A DNA stretch of 64,000 bases, taken from positions 9,672,001 to 9,736,000 of the forward strand of contig OU015567.1 in NCBI GenBank assembly GCA_907165135.1, read 5' to 3'. Position 1 is the first letter of the stretch. Each line of letters starts with the position of its first letter. This document shows, piece after piece, positions 60,496-64,000 of the stretch. The translations under genes were made by a program, and so were the position numbers. The stretch comes from Oikopleura dioica. Lineage: Eukaryota > Animalia > Chordata. Under the pieces are notes generated by a model. It was not told where the DNA came from, searched no databases, and saw only the letters and a list, made by a program, of their open reading frames with translations.

Positions 60496-61249
60496 ATGAA
60501 ATTTCTTCAGCTTTTCTTCAGTTTTTCTTTAGCTCTAAAATTTGAATTGCAAATCGGAGATGATCCGAGATGTTTGAGCATTGAGGCAGCGGCGGAGAGC
60601 AAGGTTGACTGGACTTATGTTTTTGAAGAGAGGGATCAGAAGACCAGAGAATGGGTCTTGACAAAGGAAAAGCAGGGAGTTCATATTGAAGTCACGCCAA
60701 AAGGTGATGAGTACCCACTTCTCAGCAAGTCTTATTCTGGTAAAGGAAAGGTGAGTATCTAATTTAACCGATTACGAATGAACTTGCAGAGAATATATTC
60801 AATCGTATCGTAGTTTGTGTACACCACGCAAAAACATGGAATGCATACAATCTGTTTTTCACCGGCAAAACTGCAGGAAGAGAATATTCGACTTACCCTG
60901 TCCCGAAAAATTGGCGCTTTTGAAAACGAGGAGATTATCGCAGAAATCGACGATTTCTTCCATTTTTCCGAGGCCGAAAAAGTGACGAATCTACAGTTTG
61001 AATTTGGAAAGACGAAAAACCGAGTGGATCAGATTTTAAAGGAGCTCAATTATCAGCGATCGAGAGAAGGCGATTTCCGAGAAATCAGTCAAGAAGTGAA
61101 TGATGCTGTCTTGAAATTTGCTTTTATACAGGTACTCTCTTTGGGAAAGGGGTTTTCTTACATTATTATAGGTTCTTGTTTTGGTTATTCTGGGCGGATG
61201 GCAAATTTACAACCTCAAATCATTCTTTCTCTCGAAGAAACTAGTCTAG
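60496..61249 (+). CDS. p24/TMED family cargo receptor, alpha-like (TMED4/9)
   Basis: Signal peptide, GOLD domain (RCLSIE...FVYTTQKHGMHTICF), coiled coil (ELNYQRSREGDFREISQEVN), TM segment and FFLSKKLV tail. Confidence 0.88.
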
Positions 61250-61292
61250 ATTATCAATAAAGAACACAATGACGATGCCTGTTTTTATCAAT

Positions 61293-61740
61293 TTATTGGT
61301 TCCAATAACCATGAGCATTTCTTTTCCATTTCGATTCTTTCTTCGACGCATCATCAGCTGGAACATTCGATTTCTTAAATTTCTCATCCATGACGAGCGA
61401 TAACTTTTTCCCGACGTCATCTTCAGTAACTTTTCTCATTACAAGCCAGTGAATCCAGTTTTCTTCGTCTGTTCCGAACTCGAAAATCTCATCTTGCTGC
61501 AACTGTTTCCCCTCTATTAGACGGTAAATCTGGCTGGGGGTAGATAAAAAAAACTAACCTAAAAACCAGAGAGCAACAGTATCTTCTGGTGCAGCAAATT
61601 TAAATCTCGCTTCATTACCAACACTTTCAGAAATTATTTTCCAGAGAGGACCCATTTCTCTCAGAGAGTGAGTGCTAATTCTCCTTGGATTTTTTTCATG
61701 CGCGCTTTTGGCAAGACAATTTTTGGCATCTTTTATTATG
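61293..61740 (-). CDS. Small uncharacterised protein (tentative)
   Basis: Open segments REMGPLWKIISESVGNEARFKFAAPEDTVALWF and ORF 61293-61502 are separated by an intron-like GT..AG stretch. Start unresolved. Confidence 0.35.
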
Positions 61741-61799
61741 TACCCTTGATAAGTTAAAAAGACAGTAAAGGTTTTACAGTGAATTTTGTAGCAACTTCT

Positions 61800-63775
61800 T
61801 TATGCTGATCGATCTTGGTAAATATCTTGAAGACGATGTTCTTTATATGCGGCGAATTTCTTCATCAATCCTAAGAAATGTAGAGGATAAATTCAATGTT
61901 AATTTACCTTCGTATTGAATGCCTGGAAAATGGAGGCACATGGTCTCTTTTGAACTCTTTTCCTTCCAGTGCGCTTCTTCCAAGGATTTTGGCCGGGCGA
62001 GTCCCGCTTTCTTTCGAATAATTCCTGTATAAAAGAGGTCTTCAACTCTAAAGTCGTGGCGGCGCGTTGTTGAAGCAGTTTTGTAGATTTCTTTGGCAGT
62101 GTATCCAGTGCAAGCTTGGCACTGTCCGTTGCAGTAGCTTGGGATATTATAAATTGAAGGCCACTGATCGCGCCAGATGAAGTATTTTCCGGAGTATGGT
62201 GGTTTTCGCAAGGAAATCGGGCGCCCTCGGAGGCAGAACATTTCGTCCTGAGATCCGGTAAACAAATTATACAGTCTTTCATGTGGTTTTACTTTGCTCT
62301 CAGCGGATAAATTCGGAGTCTTTAAAATCCTTCCCTGTCAAATCTAACGAGCGTATCATCGTCAACAAAGGCCACAGGCAGGTCTGAGTTGGGACAAAAA
62401 TCATTGTAAAATTGATACCCAAGAAACGTTTTTATCGGCAAGTTGTCATACGTATCTTCAAAATCTCCCACTATCAAGTCGCCGTTTTCGTCAGCTTCTT
62501 TCTGGATCTCTTCTTTGTTGTCTCCGTCTCCGAGGAGGAAGTAAAGATTCATATTTGGCTGAAGAAGTTTTGCATGTTCGCGAAAAGCCTGACGATTTGA
62601 TGGGCCACGAGAAAGTTTTACTCGACTTTAATTGAGTTTTATTTGAGTTTTGAGCAAAACTTTTGAGATTTTATTAAGTCTTTTTTATTCGATAATTAAA
62701 CTCTTTCTTGTTTTAACAAAGACGGTTATTTCTGCCTCACATTTCTGAGTCGGTTTCATCAAATAGTTTATGTGTTGTGTTGGAGAATCTTCTCGATAAA
62801 TGACTGGAAGCTCGTCAGATTTGATATAGTTGTCCATCTGAAAGAGTCCCTGAAGCTTCATATTTTGTACAATGGGTGGTCCAACAAAGGAATCTTTCAT
62901 GTAAACGCCATCTTTATCCATGAGTTTTGCCATGGCGAGATGGTACTGGAAAAAGCAGTGACCAGGCTGTAGATTGTAGTTTGACGCAGTATGCTTTTTG
63001 TGTCTTTTCGTTAGTTTTGAAATTGATATCTGATTGAAAGGATTAATTTAAAAGAGAATCTAATTCAAAACTCAAATATAAATGCAACAAGAACTGGGTC
63101 CAAAAGCATGCGTTGATTCTTGCTTGAAACAATACAGTCCCTTCCTTTGCTATTGTAGTATTCTATGTATTCAACCACTTCAGGGTCGAAAGAACACTCG
63201 TAAGAGCAATGATGATTTTGAGGACTTATGTACTGAAATTGCTTCTCATTCTTCAATAGTGGCTTCAGATCTTTGATATTTTGTAGAACATCTGTTTTAT
63301 CGCTCAAAATAAGGATTTTATCGAAGAGCTCCAGTTTAGAAATTAATCCAGCGGGCCAAGGATTCACCCAAAAGTCGAATTCCAAGAATTCCTCGTACTC
63401 GATGTTTTCGGGGTTTTTGACGACAAAAATCGGTTCGATGTACACTTCAGGATAGAGTAGCTTCAGATATCTGTAATTTTGGCGTTGTGCTTGAATTATG
63501 CTCTCTTGGCTTTCCGTATCGTCGTCGTAAAGGTGGATTACAGCGAGTTTGTACTCAGTTCTAATATCTTCTTGCAGAAAGAGACCTGATGCGTTTTAAT
63601 TTATGCGAAATTCTAAACCTGTACCTGGGTCATTCATATGCACATTCTGTGACGCTTCAGTAAGCACCGCTCGTACAGGAGCTATCCCGATCTCTGCTTG
63701 ATCAACTTCATAAAATAAAAGAAACACGCTCGAAACAATAAGTATCGAAATAAAAAGTGAAATATTTCTCCTCAT
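61800..63775 (-). CDS. GT31 family beta-1,3-glycosyltransferase, type II membrane protein with long stem
   Basis: N-terminal TM MRRNISLFISILIVSSVFLLFY. Catalytic motifs NRQAFRE, EADENGDLIVGDFEDTYDNLPIKT, VDDDT, PSYCNG and EDLFYTG. Joining the 63065-63445 exon to the 62685 exon is inferred from in-frame GT-AG sites. Confidence 0.8.
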
Positions 63776-64000
63776 AATCCTCAAATGTCCATCTTCGAAT
63801 AAAGTTTTCTCTGGCCGCTTTTTGTTTACTGCAGATGTGATGACCTTTATATTGAATAAGGATAATAGACCCCGAAGGAGAGGTGCTTCCAAATGAATTC
63901 TGACGTGAAAGAATTTATCTCATTTTCTTATATAATTTCATAATTGAGATTCTTTGCCGCAGAAAATTTCCGGGGAAAAATGTTCTGTTTTCGTATCTTT

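Overview
This is compact, gene-dense eukaryotic DNA with mostly 40-60 nt introns, some non-canonical GA-AG introns, short same-strand intergenic gaps and chordate-type genes. That profile fits the larvacean tunicate Oikopleura dioica or a close relative (inference, not a database result). Recognisable genes in order: rolling-stone-like membrane protein, an AKAP2/MISP-like acidic protein, a solitary variant histone H2B with 3' stem-loop, a theta/delta-type GST, an AQP8-like aquaporin, a near-intronless muscle myosin heavy chain (one frameshift), katanin p80 (KATNB1), CNEP1R1, a divergent beta-catenin, NF-YC, a truncated CaMKII-derived kinase next to a full CaMKII, TRA2-like, an Id/emc-like HLH microprotein, a secreted Met/Leu-rich repeat protein, a HEXD-like GH20 protein lacking its catalytic residues, RIC1, an apparent LYAR-nucleolin fusion, a p24/TMED protein and a GT31 glycosyltransferase. 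Mobile DNA includes a 1.65-kb hAT-type element with 8-bp TSD inside a KATNB1 coding exon (carrying a nested MITE and a 56-bp hairpin tandem array), two other MITEs, and a 3-kb non-autonomous gypsy-type LTR element with identical LTRs. Bases 1-5400 and about 10700-13400 could not be resolved. All gene models were spliced by eye, so exon boundaries are approximate.
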